Below are positions 48,782-61,359 of a DNA stretch of 64,000 bases, piece after piece. Both the position numbers and the translations under genes were made by a program. The notes beneath the pieces are model-generated. The model had not been told where the DNA came from. It did not search any database and saw only the letters and a program-made list of their open reading frames with translations. Position 1 is the first letter of the stretch. Every line of letters begins with the position of its first letter. This DNA is from Octopus vulgaris (Eukaryota): the NCBI GenBank assembly GCA_951406725.2, contig OX597817.1:34162001-34226000 (forward strand), written 5' to 3'.

Positions 48782-49150
48782 CTAGCAGTATTGCCCAGCG
48801 TTGTTCAGGTTTGTTTCAAGCCTTTAGAATTGGAATTTTTGAAAAGTAAAAATTTTACATTATGTAGCTTGTTATTCTCTTTAAGTGAACATTTTTCTGG
48901 TTGAAATACACTGAAAAATGGTGACACAGCAGTCAAAAAAATCGTAAAAAATAGGGATTTTCATAGAAAAAAAGCACCTTTTTGATGTAAATCATTTTTT
49001 GAATTTTATCTTCTACAGAATGAAGAGCAAGCCTTCTTCTATCATAGTCTCAATTTTGGTCAACTTGCGCCGCAGGGTCTCGGAGGAGATAGTGTTAGTT
49101 GAAGGCTACCAAACCTGCCACACACAGACAACATCAGCTTTATATATATC
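48782..49150 (-). mobile_element. Non-autonomous Helitron (family 2)
   Basis: Reverse complement of 19186-19579 with a short deletion. The end is a|ctag. Confidence 0.88.
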
Positions 49151-50179
49151 ATATTGTACTTTTGGAAAAGACACAACACATAACTATGCTTGCTTTAGTT
49201 TCCATGGAGTAATTAGTTGGTTGTAGAAAAGGGCATCCAGCTGTAATAAATAAATGAATATTATCCATTAATTTATTTATTAATAAGTTGTTTCAATAAT
49301 ATGCTAATATATATTACTACAAAAGCTCCCCCACTTTTTGCTATAATTAGTAATATATGTAAAACAGTTTAGAAGAAAAACGAAAGAAAAGAATTAAAGA
49401 TAATAGGAATATTTCACCATAGAAACAATGAAAACAAATTAAAGAGTTTCAGCAAAGGTTACTAATTGCATTACTAAAGAATTAATTTTCAGTTGTTGAC
49501 CTGGTGGGAAAGCAACAGACATTTCTAAATGTGTCCCCCCCATCATGAGTGGGTGGTGGCTTGGAAATACATGCATGTAATAATAACAACGATAGACGCG
49601 GCGGCGGTGGTGGTGGTGGTGGCGGTGTTGGTGGGGGTGGTGGAGGCGGTGGCGGGTAGTGATGGTAACAGTAAGGACGATAAGGATGTTAATGAAGATC
49701 ATTATGATTATAATGGGAATGAAGATGGATTATAAATATGAGAATGATTATACAAGAAGTTGATCATAATCACGACTATAAATAATCATCATATTTATAA
49801 TCATTTATGCTGGAAAAAAAAAAAATATATAATTGAGAATACATTTAAGCCAGAAATGCTCTACAGTTGTTGTTTGTTGTTCATTAATGTGACTGAGTAT
49901 CCCAAAGAGACTTCCTGACATTATCAATATCTCTTTATCATTTTTTGTTCTTAGAATTAATATGTAAATTGAATTGCAGTTATTGTACAAGGAACAAGAA
50001 ATCGTCTTTATCATTAATCTGTGAAAGAAAAACAGAGTTGGTTCAAATCATTGAGTGCATACTATCAATTTTTACCCCCCCCTGTATTCTGAGTTCAAAT
50101 CCTACCAGAATCAACTTTCCCTCTCATCTTTTCTTGTATTGATAAAATAAATACTGCTCAAAGTGTCCAAAGTACAAGT

Positions 50180-50460
50180 TATCATCATCATCATCATCGT
50201 CGTTTAACGTCTGCTTTCCATGCTAGCATGGGTTGGACGATTTGACTGAGGACTGGCGAATCACATGGCTGCACCAGGCTCCAATCTTGATCTGGTAGAG
50301 TTTCTACAGTTGGATGCCCTTCCTAATGCCAACCACTCTGAGAGTGTAGTGGGTGCTTTTACGTGCCACCGGCACGGGAGCCAGTCAGGCAGTACTGGCA
50401 ACGACTTTGCTCGAATCTTTTTACACATGCCACTGGCACAGGTGCCTGTAAGACGGCATA
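50180..50460 (-). mobile_element. Family D retroposon
   Basis: (CAT)n-cgtttaacgtctgctttccatgctagcatggg core. Confidence 0.88.
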
Positions 50461-50599
50461 ATCTGAGTCATTTAAATCATGTATATTTTTTTTTGTACAA
50501 GAATTTAGCTTTTTACCTATTCACAAGAGATTATTATCAGTTAGGGAGTTGGTAGAAGCAGTTGTGCAGAGCATCAAATTTCATGCAATATTTATAAGC

Positions 50600-50810
50600 T
50601 CAGGTATGGCTGTGTGGGTAAGAAGTTTGCTTTCCAACCACATAGTTTTGGGTTCAGTCCCACTTGGAACTGGCATCTTGGGCAGGTGTCTACTAGTATA
50701 GTCTTGGGTTGACCAAAGCCTTGTGAGTGGAGTTGGTAGACAGAAACCGAAAGAAGCTCATTGTGTGTGTGTGTGTGTGTGTGTAACATGCACACACACA
50801 CACATATACA
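50600..50810 (+). mobile_element. SINE family A 5' half ending in a microsatellite
   Basis: Head, CORE-like block, gaaagaagc, then (TG)n/(CA)n. Confidence 0.8.
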
Positions 50811-51893
50811 ACATAACCATCATCATCATCATCATCATTTAAGATCCATTTTCCATATTGGCATGGGTTGGATGGTTTGACAGGGTCCAATGAGCTGAGG
50901 AGCTGCATCAAGTTTGGCATGGTTTCTATGGCTAGATGCCCTTCCCTTATGCCATGTGTACTAGGTGCTTTCTTCATGATGTTGGCACTAGTGAGGTTAC
51001 CACGAATATGAATGTCATTTATTTCCAATATTCTGTGAAAGCATGTCTAGCTATAGGGAAATATCAGCTTGTTTGGAAACAGGTAAGGATTGGCAACAAG
51101 AAGTGCATCTGACTATAGAAAATCTGCATCAATAGATTTCATCCAACTTGTGCAAGCATGGAAAATTGGACATTAAAATGATGATGATGATAATGATGAC
51201 GACAACGATGACGATAATGATGATTTTGTTATATAAATTCTTCTGAAGTCCTTCAGTTGGAATGTGCTTGAAGATGCAAAGATGTTGGTTGATGCCCATA
51301 TTGGAAATATCACGTTTGTATGTGGTGGGTTCAAGATTGCTTGTGATATAATCCTTCTTGGCTGTAGCATTCTCATTTGTTGGTGGTAAGCGTAAACTAC
51401 AAACAAGAAATTAGCCGTTATCTTCAGACAGAGGAGCGTTACCATCATTTGTTATCTAGTATCAGTCAGCTAAACTACAAGAAGGTAATGACATTTCAGT
51501 CACTACTCCTTTCCCTTTCACCTCCTTTTCAATTTCCTTTCCTAAACATCATCGTTTTCCCTCTGATCATCGTCATTATTGTAGATTCATTATCTATCTG
51601 TTGGCATGAGTGGGAGGAGTCTGGTTTTCTTTCTGTTACTTCATCTGTGAGATTAAACTTTCTAAGGTTTCTTCTAGCTTTATTTAACAGCTGTTTCTTT
51701 TTCCTTTCATTTTATTCTTATAAAGGTTAAATACTAAAATATGTGTGTTTGAAATGCCTTTCGGCAAACAATTGTACGACTGTATGGTAACTTGATATGA
51801 TCCAGAACAGAGGTAAATAGAGCCAACATTCTATGGTGAGATACCATTAACTAATATCAATAAGAGTATGATGAGAAGTCACTTCTTGTCAGT

Positions 51894-52192
51894 GTGGAGG
51901 CACATGGCCTAGTGGTTAGAGCAGCGAACTCACAGTTGAGGGATCACGGGTTCGAATCTCAGACCGGGCGATGTGTGTGTTTATGAGCGAAATACCTAAG
52001 TTCCACACAGCTCCGGCAGAAGGTAATGGCGAATTTCTGCTGACTCTTTCACCACAACTTTCTCTCACTCTTTCCTCCTGCATCTTGCAGCTCACCTGCA
52101 ACAGACCAGTGTCCTGTCCAGGTGGGAAACCTATACACTAAAGAAACCGGGAAACTGGCCCTATGAGCCGGGCGTGGCTCGAGAACGAACAA
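51894..52192 (+). mobile_element. C-head SINE with a third tail type and 13-bp TSD
   Basis: TSD acttcttgtcagt at 51881-51893 and 52193-52205. The tail gaaaccgggaaactggccctatgagcc is related to the tail of 27804-28065. Confidence 0.92.
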
Positions 52193-53521
52193 ACTTCTTG
52201 TCAGTCAGTGGGAAAAGTTACTTAGAAACATTCTATTTGTTTCAGTATTAAGGTATATCAAGGTATATTGTTCCTGCCTTCTTCTATCAGGGTATATGTG
52301 TGCATACTTTTAGTTACCTGGCTTTATGGGGTGCATTCACTTACATTAAATAACTGAATGGTAAGGATATTGGAGAACTACCTACTATCGTGCAAGCTGT
52401 ATACGTTGTTTCTAATTTTCTGTGAAAACATGTTTGTTTATGGAGAAATATCATCTTACTTGGAAACAAGTATGGTTTGGTGACAGGAAGGGCATCCAGC
52501 TATAGAAAATCCAGTTTCCATAGCATTTAAGTGATTGAGTCACCACATTCCTCACTGAACAGGCCACTGGTCTATCACAGAGTTAATCATTTATAGGTTT
52601 TATTTTGCCTTATCTTTTTACTGGTTCTAGCTTGTGTGCTATATCCATACTGAAACAAATTTCCTTTTAAATTTCAACTTTTATTTGCCAACACCTTTTA
52701 TTACTATATACAAAGTTTAAAAGTTTTGAAAACTTTTAAATTTTAGAAAAATAAAATTATATTTTATAATACATCTTTGCTGAGAGCTCCGTGATAAAAT
52801 AACCCTAAATTTTTTTAGAAAAACACAGAAAATGTAAAAATCCAAAGCAATAAAAGCTTCAATTCAATTCAGTTTATTGTGTTTATATTCAGATATACTG
52901 AAATGTCTGATACAACTGAATTTATGAAAAACAATAATCAAATGACTCTTGTTATAAATATTTAATATTGTTTTCACAAAGTGGTTTTGCTTTATTGTCA
53001 TTTTGTGACAGTGTTTTCTTACAAAAACAACTAAAAGAAAAACTCTTTCAAATTCCAAATTTTGCTAATAACACTTCGATAATTTCAGCATTACCAATGT
53101 ATTAAAACCTATAGAATTGCAATAAACTGTCAAGAAAAGTTTTATGGCATGTCCAATATATATATATTATCTATTAATTTCAGGACAAAAGTAAGTCAAG
53201 AATTGTCATTTTATGTTCTATACGCAACCCTACAAAACAAAATATCATTATTTTGTTTTGTATTTTGTAAGTGGGAATAATGCCAGGGACATTTTTTTAT
53301 CAAAGTGGGGGGGGGGGGCATATATGAAAAACTAAACAAAATGTAGTGATTGGTGTCTTGATATAGAACTATTGGAATTACTTGTAAGCGTTTCAAGCAA
53401 ATTGTTTTGATAATTGTCCAAGTGTACAATTATTGACTGAACCAATCAACTCACCAAATGACAAAACAGAATGGTCTGTTTTACCTTTTGTCATATATTG
53501 GCACAAGCGTGGCTATATGGT

Positions 53522-53888
53522 AGGTGCAGGAGTGGCTGTGTGGTAAGTAGCTTGCTTACTAACCACATGGTTCTGGGTTCATTCCCACTGGGCAAGTGTC
53601 TTCTACTATAGCCTCAGGCTGACCAAAGCCTTATGAGTAGATTTGGTTGACGGAAACTGAAAGAATATATATATGTATGTGTGTGTTTGTGTGTCTGTGT
53701 TTGTCTCCCCAACATTGCTCGACAACCGATGCTGGTGTATTTTTGTCCCCGTAACTTAGCGGTTCGGCAAAAGAGACCGCTAAAATAAATACTAGGCTTA
53801 CAAAGAATAAGTCCTAGAGTCAATTTGCTTGACTAATGGTGGTGCTCCAGCATGGCCACAGTCAAATGACTGAAACAAGTAAAAGAGT
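53522..53888 (+). mobile_element. SINE family A
   Basis: aggtgcaggagtggctgtgtggtaag head to gaaacaagtaaaagagta tail. Confidence 0.92.
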
Positions 53889-53890
53889 AC

Positions 53891-54195
53891 CCAACCACAT
53901 GTTTTTGGGTTCAGTATTACTGCGTGGCACCTTGGGCAAATGTCTTCTACTATAACTCCAGGCTGACAAAACCTTGTGAATGGATTTTCTCTTACTTTTA
54001 TTTGTTTCAGTCATTTGACTACGGCCATGCTGGAGCACCGCTTTTAGTCGAACATATTGACCCCAGGACTTATTCTTTGTAAGCCTAATACTTATTCTAT
54101 CAGCCTCTTTTGCCAAACCACTAAGTTACGGGGACATAAGCACACCAGGATCAGTTGTCAAGCAATGTTGCGGGGACAAACACAGACACACAAAC

Positions 54196-54264
<69 letters not shown>

Positions 54265-54672
54265 TACAGCAGGCTTCTTTCACTTTCCATCTACCAAATC
54301 CACTCTCAAGGCTTTGGTCAGCCCAAGGCTATAGCAGAAGACACTTGCCCAAGGTGCCATGCAGTGGGACTGAACCCGAGACCATGTGGTTGGTAAGCAA
54401 GCTACTTACCACACAGCCACTCCTGGTAAATGAAAACTAAAAGAAACCATTGTGTGTGTGTGTTTGTGCTTCTCCTGCCCCACTACCTGACAACTGGTGT
54501 CACTTTGTTTATATCCCCATAACTTAGTAGTTTTGGCAAAAGGGACGGACCTATAGGATAAGTACCAGACTGATAAAAATAAGTATTGGGTTTGATTTGT
54601 TTGACTAAAACCCTTTGAGGCAGTGCTCCATCATGGCCACAGTCCAATGACTGAAACTGCTAAAAGATAAAA
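53891..54672 (+). mobile_element. Older SINE A split by an opposite-strand young SINE A (53988-54423)
   Basis: gtgaatggattt | insertion | tggtaaatgaaaactaaaagaaacc restores the A consensus. Confidence 0.85.
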
Positions 54673-55510
54673 GGTGTGTGCGTATGTGTTTATATATTCA
54701 AAAAAGTCTTTGAAATTTTAAATGATTTATGTGAACCTTATAAAAATTTTGAAACAACTAGTATACAATTTAAGCTTCCATATAGGGATTGAAGTTATCC
54801 CAAGGTTCATATTTTATATTCTACTGTTAACTTCACTCCAGCATTTGTTTAATATTGTTTTATGATTCAATGGTTATTGTATAAAATTCGATAAACTTAG
54901 AGATGTTTCAGCTGAAAAGTGGGCTGGGCTATTTCTAACTTAATAGTACCACCTGAATTTTAAATAAAAATTCTTTACTTCATGGAGGTTTACAACCGAC
55001 AGATATAATTAGATTTAAGCATGACTTTAGCTGGATTATACTAGATAACAGAATGGAGACCACCAAGATGAGTTCAACATTTTGTTCGTGATATTTTATG
55101 AGGTTTATCAAAATAAACAGTTTTAATGACTTGGTGATATGGATCATGCTTCTGCTAATTGTTTTAAGTGTTTGTCTAGTCACAAGTAGGTGTAGATGCC
55201 TTCTTGTTCCTCTTACTCTTGTTCCTGTGGAATATCAGTAATGAGGGAGAACACTGCATCATCAGCATTGAGCTAGTATACTTATCTCAGCTGAATAGAC
55301 TGGAATAATGTGAAATGAAGTTCTCTTGTGCGAAAAGACAATGGGTTCAATTCCTGCTCAGAGCAGGAATTGAACCCATGACCTTATAATGATGGCAAAC
55401 CCACCACTCTACCCCCAATGCCCTAACTACTTGGCATGTACCTTCAAAATGGTTTGATTAGATTTTGATAAGGAGAAAGAATATGCTGATGTTATGTGTA
55501 TGCACTCCTC

Positions 55511-55735
55511 TTGAGCGTGGCCGTTGTCAGTACCGCCTGACTGGCCCTCATGCCAGTGGTATGTAAAAGCACCCACTACATTCTCGGAGTAGTTGGAGTT
55601 AGGAAGGGCATCCAGCTGTAGAAACTCTGCCAGATCAGATTGGAGTCTGGTGCAGCCATCTGGTTTGCTAGTCCTCAGTCAAATCATCCAACCCATGCTA
55701 GCATGGAAAGCAGATGTTAAACGATGATGATGATA
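55511..55735 (+). mobile_element. Family D retroposon, short
   Basis: One unit, core and (GAT)n tail. Confidence 0.88.
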
Positions 55736-55778
55736 ACCATAGAATATATTTAACATTAACCAAAATGTTAATAAAAAT

Positions 55779-56164
55779 GAGGAGGCGCAATGGCCCAGTG
55801 GTTAGGGCAGCGGACTCGCGGTCATAGGATCGCGGTTTCGATTCCCAGACCGGGCGTTGTGAGTGTTTATTGAATGAAAACACCTAAAGCTCCACAAGGC
55901 TCTGGCAGGGGATGGTGGTGATCCCTGCTGTACTCTTTCACCACAACTTTCTCTCACTCTTACTTCCTGTTTCTGTTGTACCTGTATTTCAAAGGGCCGG
56001 CCTTGTCACTCTCTGTGTCACGCTGAATATCCCTGAGAACTACGTTAAGAGTACACGTGTCTGTGGAGTGCTCAGCTACTTACATGTTAATTTCACGAGC
56101 AGGCTGTTTCATTGATTCAGATCAACCGGAACCCTCGTCGTCGTAACCGACGGAGTGCTTCCCC
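55779..56164 (+). mobile_element. SINE family C, full length, with 21-bp TSD
   Basis: TSD aaccaaaatgttaataaaaat at 55758-55778 and 56165-56185. Box A is tggcccagtgg and box B is gtttcgattcc. Confidence 0.95.
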
Positions 56165-56219
56165 AACCAAAATGTTAATAAAAATTAAAAGAAAGTTTTC
56201 TCCTCGTACATGATAGTCA

Positions 56220-56610
56220 CAGGTATAGCTGGGTGGTTAAGAAGTTTGCGTCACAACCACATAATTTTCGGTTCAGTCCGACTGTGCAACACTTGAGGCA
56301 AGTGTCTTCTACTATGGCCCTGGACTGATCAATTCCTTGGAAGTGAATTTGGTAGATGAAAATTGTGTGGAAGGTCATCAGACATCACATATATATGTGA
56401 ATGTGTGTGTGTTTGTTCCCAACTACTTGACAACCAGTGTTGGTTTGTTTACATCTGTAACTTAGTGGTTCAGCAATAGAGACCAATAGAACAAGTACCA
56501 GACTTGAAAATAAAAGAATGCTGGGGTTGATTTGTTCAACTACACTGGTCAAGGTGGTGCCCCAATACGGTTGCAGTCCAACTGATAACAGAAACAAATG
56601 CATAAAAGGA
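56220..56610 (+). mobile_element. SINE family A, diverged
   Basis: Head, gcaagtgtcttctactat, and ctgtaacttagtggttcagcaa body. Confidence 0.78.
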
Positions 56611-58733
56611 AAGGAACACAGGGTCAGTACTTTACCATGTTTTGCACTACTATCTACCAATATAACTACCAATGTCTAGAAGAAAACATACTGCTCTGTT
56701 ACTATGTGTGAGTGAATTTCTATTGCATTTTACATTCCATATAAATTGATTTCAAATTCTTAAAAATACTTGTATTTCTATTGAATTTCACTTTTTTGTG
56801 CAGTTGGTTTCATTTTATTTCTATATATTATGTAGTTCACTGAGCATATGATATACTGAATAGAGCTTATTATCCAAGTAACATGCTGAGAAACAGCATA
56901 TCAAGAAAATAGAATAAAATTGAAAATAGAATAAAAATAAGTATCTGTTTACTTCTTTTTATCTTGCTTAATAAATGTTAATAAAAAAAAATTACACTTC
57001 CTACCTTCCATAGTGTATGAGCTTGCGGAACAGACAGTCAAACAATAAATCAAGCAGACTGGATAAAAAGAGAGGTTTAGGTTGTTGGTAGTTTGATAGA
57101 ATAGCTGGGGAGAGTGATGGTAATTGTTTACAACAAATTTACTACATTACCGAAAAGATTTAATGCTATCCTATACTACAGAGAATATCTATAAATTTTA
57201 GTTGGCTCTATAAGTAAGTGACAGATTTAAACATCACGTTTAATATAAGATACCTTTGTGGGCAGAAAAAGAAGGATCACTCTGACTAGTTTTAATTCTG
57301 TGCTAAGATTTCATCAACAACTGAGTACTCTGTGTAATGCATCAGTAATTTTCTAAGATTTAACAAGAAAAATCAGTTACTGCAATCTAATCCCAGTCTG
57401 TCAACTATGCAGATTTGTGAAAGTTTAAGCACTAATCCAGCTTAGTTTGGTTTGTCTTTTGAAGTTAATGTGATGCAATAAATATGTCTACTCAATCCAA
57501 GACATCCATTTTAATTTCCTAGCCTGTAGCTGAATCTTTATAATGATGTCTGCATGTTTCATGAACAGGATTGGTGAAATAAAACTGAATTAATGGTTTA
57601 TTTGTTGTGTTCTCAGCTTTTACTGAACAGAATTCCATTATATGTCATTGCTCTAGGAAGCAAATTTACATGTGATTTTTTGCCCTTGTAGGCTTACATT
57701 TTCTGTCTCCTCAGAACGTTCATATAATTTTGCATTAAGTATATGTGGCTATAAAATCTTTATGGATATTGAAGCTGCTACTCTTCTTTCCTTTCTCTTG
57801 TATTCTTTAACATAATTTCATGAGAAAACCCTTTCAAAAGTCATGGATTTTATTTCCTTTCTGAACCCACTCGAAATGAAATTTAGATAAAAAAAAAGAA
57901 GAAAATAAAACGAAATAAAAACTCATGAGATGGTTAAGAGTAAAGCCATTGCAACATAAATACCAATAAGTTATGTTAGGTTTGTATGGGAATCGGAAAC
58001 TGCTAGCATTTGTTAGCATTAATGACTGTCTGTATATACAACTGTTGTTTACAGAGAAATTTCTCTCTAAATTCTCTACCAATAATTATTAATGCCATCT
58101 CTTTAGACTGCTCCAAATAAATACTTACTCTGTTGAAAAGACTGGAAATTAAGCAATTTAAGCTAAATTAACAGAACTGAAGTTAACAGGAAAAATGATT
58201 AAGGGCAGGGTTCGCTCAAGAGGCAGTTTTATGGAGTTATATGAAATCTGTGAATGGACAGGAAAAATCATTAGCACCAACGGTGATGATAATGACGGTG
58301 GTGGTGATGGTGGGAATGAATGTGGTGATGAAAATGATGAAGATGGATCTGTTTTAATATTTTCTTTCATTTTCTTATAACTTACCTTAAGGCTGGGTGG
58401 GATGATATGTATATTTACTACTCACATAAATTTTAAATCTGTAGTAGCTTAGCAATAAATAATAGCCAAAATAAAGATATTAACAGAAGCAGATTATATA
58501 TTAACAAAGAGTTGCTTATTGAAAAATGGCCAGCTCAAAATATATGGAGTCTAAAGAAATGCAGCAGTCAGTTGGGGAAGGGTAGGTAGGGAAGCTAGTT
58601 CAGCTTGTTCTCCGCTAGTGATTGCGGTAAAGTTATTTCTTTAAAAATAACTTAGAAGGGATATATACGCACCAGTATTTATATAATTGTTTGTAAAGAT
58701 AAAATAACTTTAGATATTTGGTTTGACTATTAA

Positions 58734-58948
58734 CCCTTAATGCCTAAGCTACCATAAAAAAAATTACTTGAAAGTCTGAAAATGTTGCATCAACCACCAG
58801 ATGTTATTAGTAAATGCCTGCAATAATGTTGTTTTTAACATAGATATGCTTAAAACTCCTTCTAGCTTTCAATTTTGTTGAAGTTTTTCCCCTCGTAAGA
58901 TATTAGTATTTGAAGCATCAAGAATTATTAACAGAAGGCATTGTAGGG
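58734..58948. mobile_element. piggyBac-like MITE (third family)
   Basis: ttaa|cccttaatgcct ... aggcattgtaggg|ttaa. Confidence 0.6.
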
Positions 58949-59057
58949 TTAATAGGTTGGGAATTCATATCTTCTGCAAGCCTTTAGTCATGTCACTGGG
59001 CATGATCCTCTCTTAACTTTGGGATATGTTTTTGAAATGTTACCTGAGATAAGCCTC

Positions 59058-59652
59058 CCAACCACATGGCTCTGTGGCACCTTGGACAAGTGTCTTCTAC
59101 TATAGCCTTGGTTGACCAAAGTCTTATGAGTGGATTTGGTTGATGGAACCTAAAAGAAGCCTGTTACCCTAGTCATGCAGGCTCGTGAGTGCTGGTGCCA
59201 TGTAAAAGTGCCCGTGTGAGTGTACCAATGTAAAAGTACCCATGCCAGTGCCACGTTAAAAGCACCTAGTGCACTCTGTAAAGTGGTTGGCATTAGGAAG
59301 GGCATCCGGCTATAGAAACCATGCCAAAACAAACAAATGGATCCTGGGCAACTCTCCAGCTGGCCAGCTCCTATTAAACTGTCCAACCCATGCCGACATG
59401 GAGAATGGACATTAAACGATGATGATGATGATGATGTGTGTGTGTGTGTTTGTTCCCCATCACTGCTCAGCAACCAGTGTTGAAGTGTTTACATCCCTGT
59501 AACTTAGCAGTTCTGCAAAGAAGACTGGTAGAATAAGTATCAGTCTTAAAAGAATGAGTACTGGGGTTCTATTTGCTTAATTGAAACCCTTCAAGATGGA
59601 GCTCAAGCATGGCCACAGTCCAAAAGACTGGAACAAGTAAAACATAAAAGAT
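59058..59652 (+). mobile_element. SINE family A with a family D copy (~59165-59435) at the microsatellite position
   Basis: Same architecture as 15637-16345. Confidence 0.82.
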
Positions 59653-59742
59653 AAGCTGGTGAGTTATGCAATGGAGTGTGTGATTTAGCTCTCATCCGCT
59701 TATCTGATTTTTTGAGGCTTCTGTTGCTCATGGAAGCAGAAA

Positions 59743-60136
59743 TCTCTCTATATATAAAGCTGAAGTTGTCTGTGTATGGCAGGTTTGGTAGCCTTCAACT
59801 AATACTATCTCCTCCAAGACCCTGCAGCACAAGTTGACCAAAATTGGAAGTATGATAGAAGAAGGCTTGCTCTTCTTTCCGAAGAAGAAAAAATTCAAAT
59901 TGGACCATGTTAACACCAAAAATTATTTACATCAAAAAGTTGCTTTTTTTTTCTATGAAAATCCCTATTTTTTACGATTTTTTTACTGCTGTATCACCAT
60001 TTTTCGGTGTAATTCAACCAGAAAAATGTTCACTTAAAGAGAATAACAAGCTACTTAATGCAAAATTTTTACTTTTCAAAAATTCCAATTCTAAAGGGTC
60101 GAAACAAACCCGAGCAATGCCGGGCGATACTGCTAC
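59743..60136 (+). mobile_element. Non-autonomous Helitron (family 2)
   Basis: A|TC start and cccgagcaatgccggg hairpin. The end is mutated to ctac. Confidence 0.88.
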
Positions 60137-60993
60137 AATTTTATATAATGCAAAATTTTCTCATACTAAGATGAGGGGTAAATTTCTATTCAGTCAAATA
60201 TTTTAAAACTCCATGTTTAAAGTTCCATGTAATCCCTAAAACCATCTTCTATTCAGTTAAATGATGTTACCAGCTCTCCTGCTAAGCATAAGATAGATAC
60301 AATAAAAAGCTTTCCATAGGTTCATAGCACCATAAATTTGTGTATGACAATTACTTTAATGTAGTTGCTTCAATGCCCTGTTGTTAGGATGACTTCAGAT
60401 ACTGGAAAATATATAATTATCATGGTATAGATCTTTATTTATATGCTGTACAAGGATAGAATGTAACAAACAAATTATGGGTGTATAAATCACTGCAGTT
60501 GATGTGTTATATTCTTGAACAAGGCCTTCTTAACATTATCTTCCCTGTAGACTAACTTATATCAGAAGCAACTATATATCATCCTCTAGGGTAGATAATG
60601 TAACATACTTCTATAATGGTTCAATAGTTGAGAGTCTCATATCTCATTTTATACCTGCCTTGTTTATCATCATCATCATCATCATCATCATCATTTCTTT
60701 TTTCTTTTTATTTCTTATTTATTTATATATTTTGCAAGACTTTTCTTTCCAGTTATTCTTTGGCCTTGATGATACTAAGAATATTTTCTTGCAACTCTAA
60801 AATGGAGGGATCCACAAACATGATCAGTCAATAAATTCTATAACAAACTGTTCAGAACTGAACATTGCATAGCAGCAGATTATTGCAAAACATAGAATAT
60901 ATGATTAATGGAAACTAACTGTCAGCAGAATGCTTTCTAGTAGTCATGAAGTACTTTTGGCTTTGGAAAAATCGTTGCATGTTTCTTTTGGGT

Positions 60994-61359
60994 ACTCTTT
61001 TACTTGTTTCAGTCATTTGACTGCAGCCATGCTGGAGCACCGCCTATAGTCGAGCAAATCAACCCCAGGACTTATTCTTTGGAAGCCTAGTATTTATTCT
61101 ATTGGTCTCTTTTGCTGAACTGCTCAGTTACGGGGACATAAACACACCGCCATCAGTTATCAAGCGATGTTGGAGGACAAACATATACACATACATATAT
61201 ATATACATATATATGATGGGCTTCTTTCAGTTTCCTCTACCAAATCCACTCACAAGACTTTGGTTGGCCCGAGGCTATAGTAGAAGACACGCAGTGGGAA
61301 TGAACCTGGAACCATGTGGTTGGTAAGCAAGCTACTTACCACACAGCCACTCCTGCGCC
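60994..61359 (-). mobile_element. SINE family A
   Basis: Full tail-to-head match. Confidence 0.9.

Noticed and set aside
52711-52745. AT-rich palindrome aaagtttaaaagttttgaaaacttttaaatttt
   Set aside because: It is low-complexity and imperfect, as expected by chance in AT-rich DNA.
55781-55853. tRNA-Arg-like sequence
   Set aside because: It is a SINE head continuing into the SINE body, and the acceptor stem is not intact.
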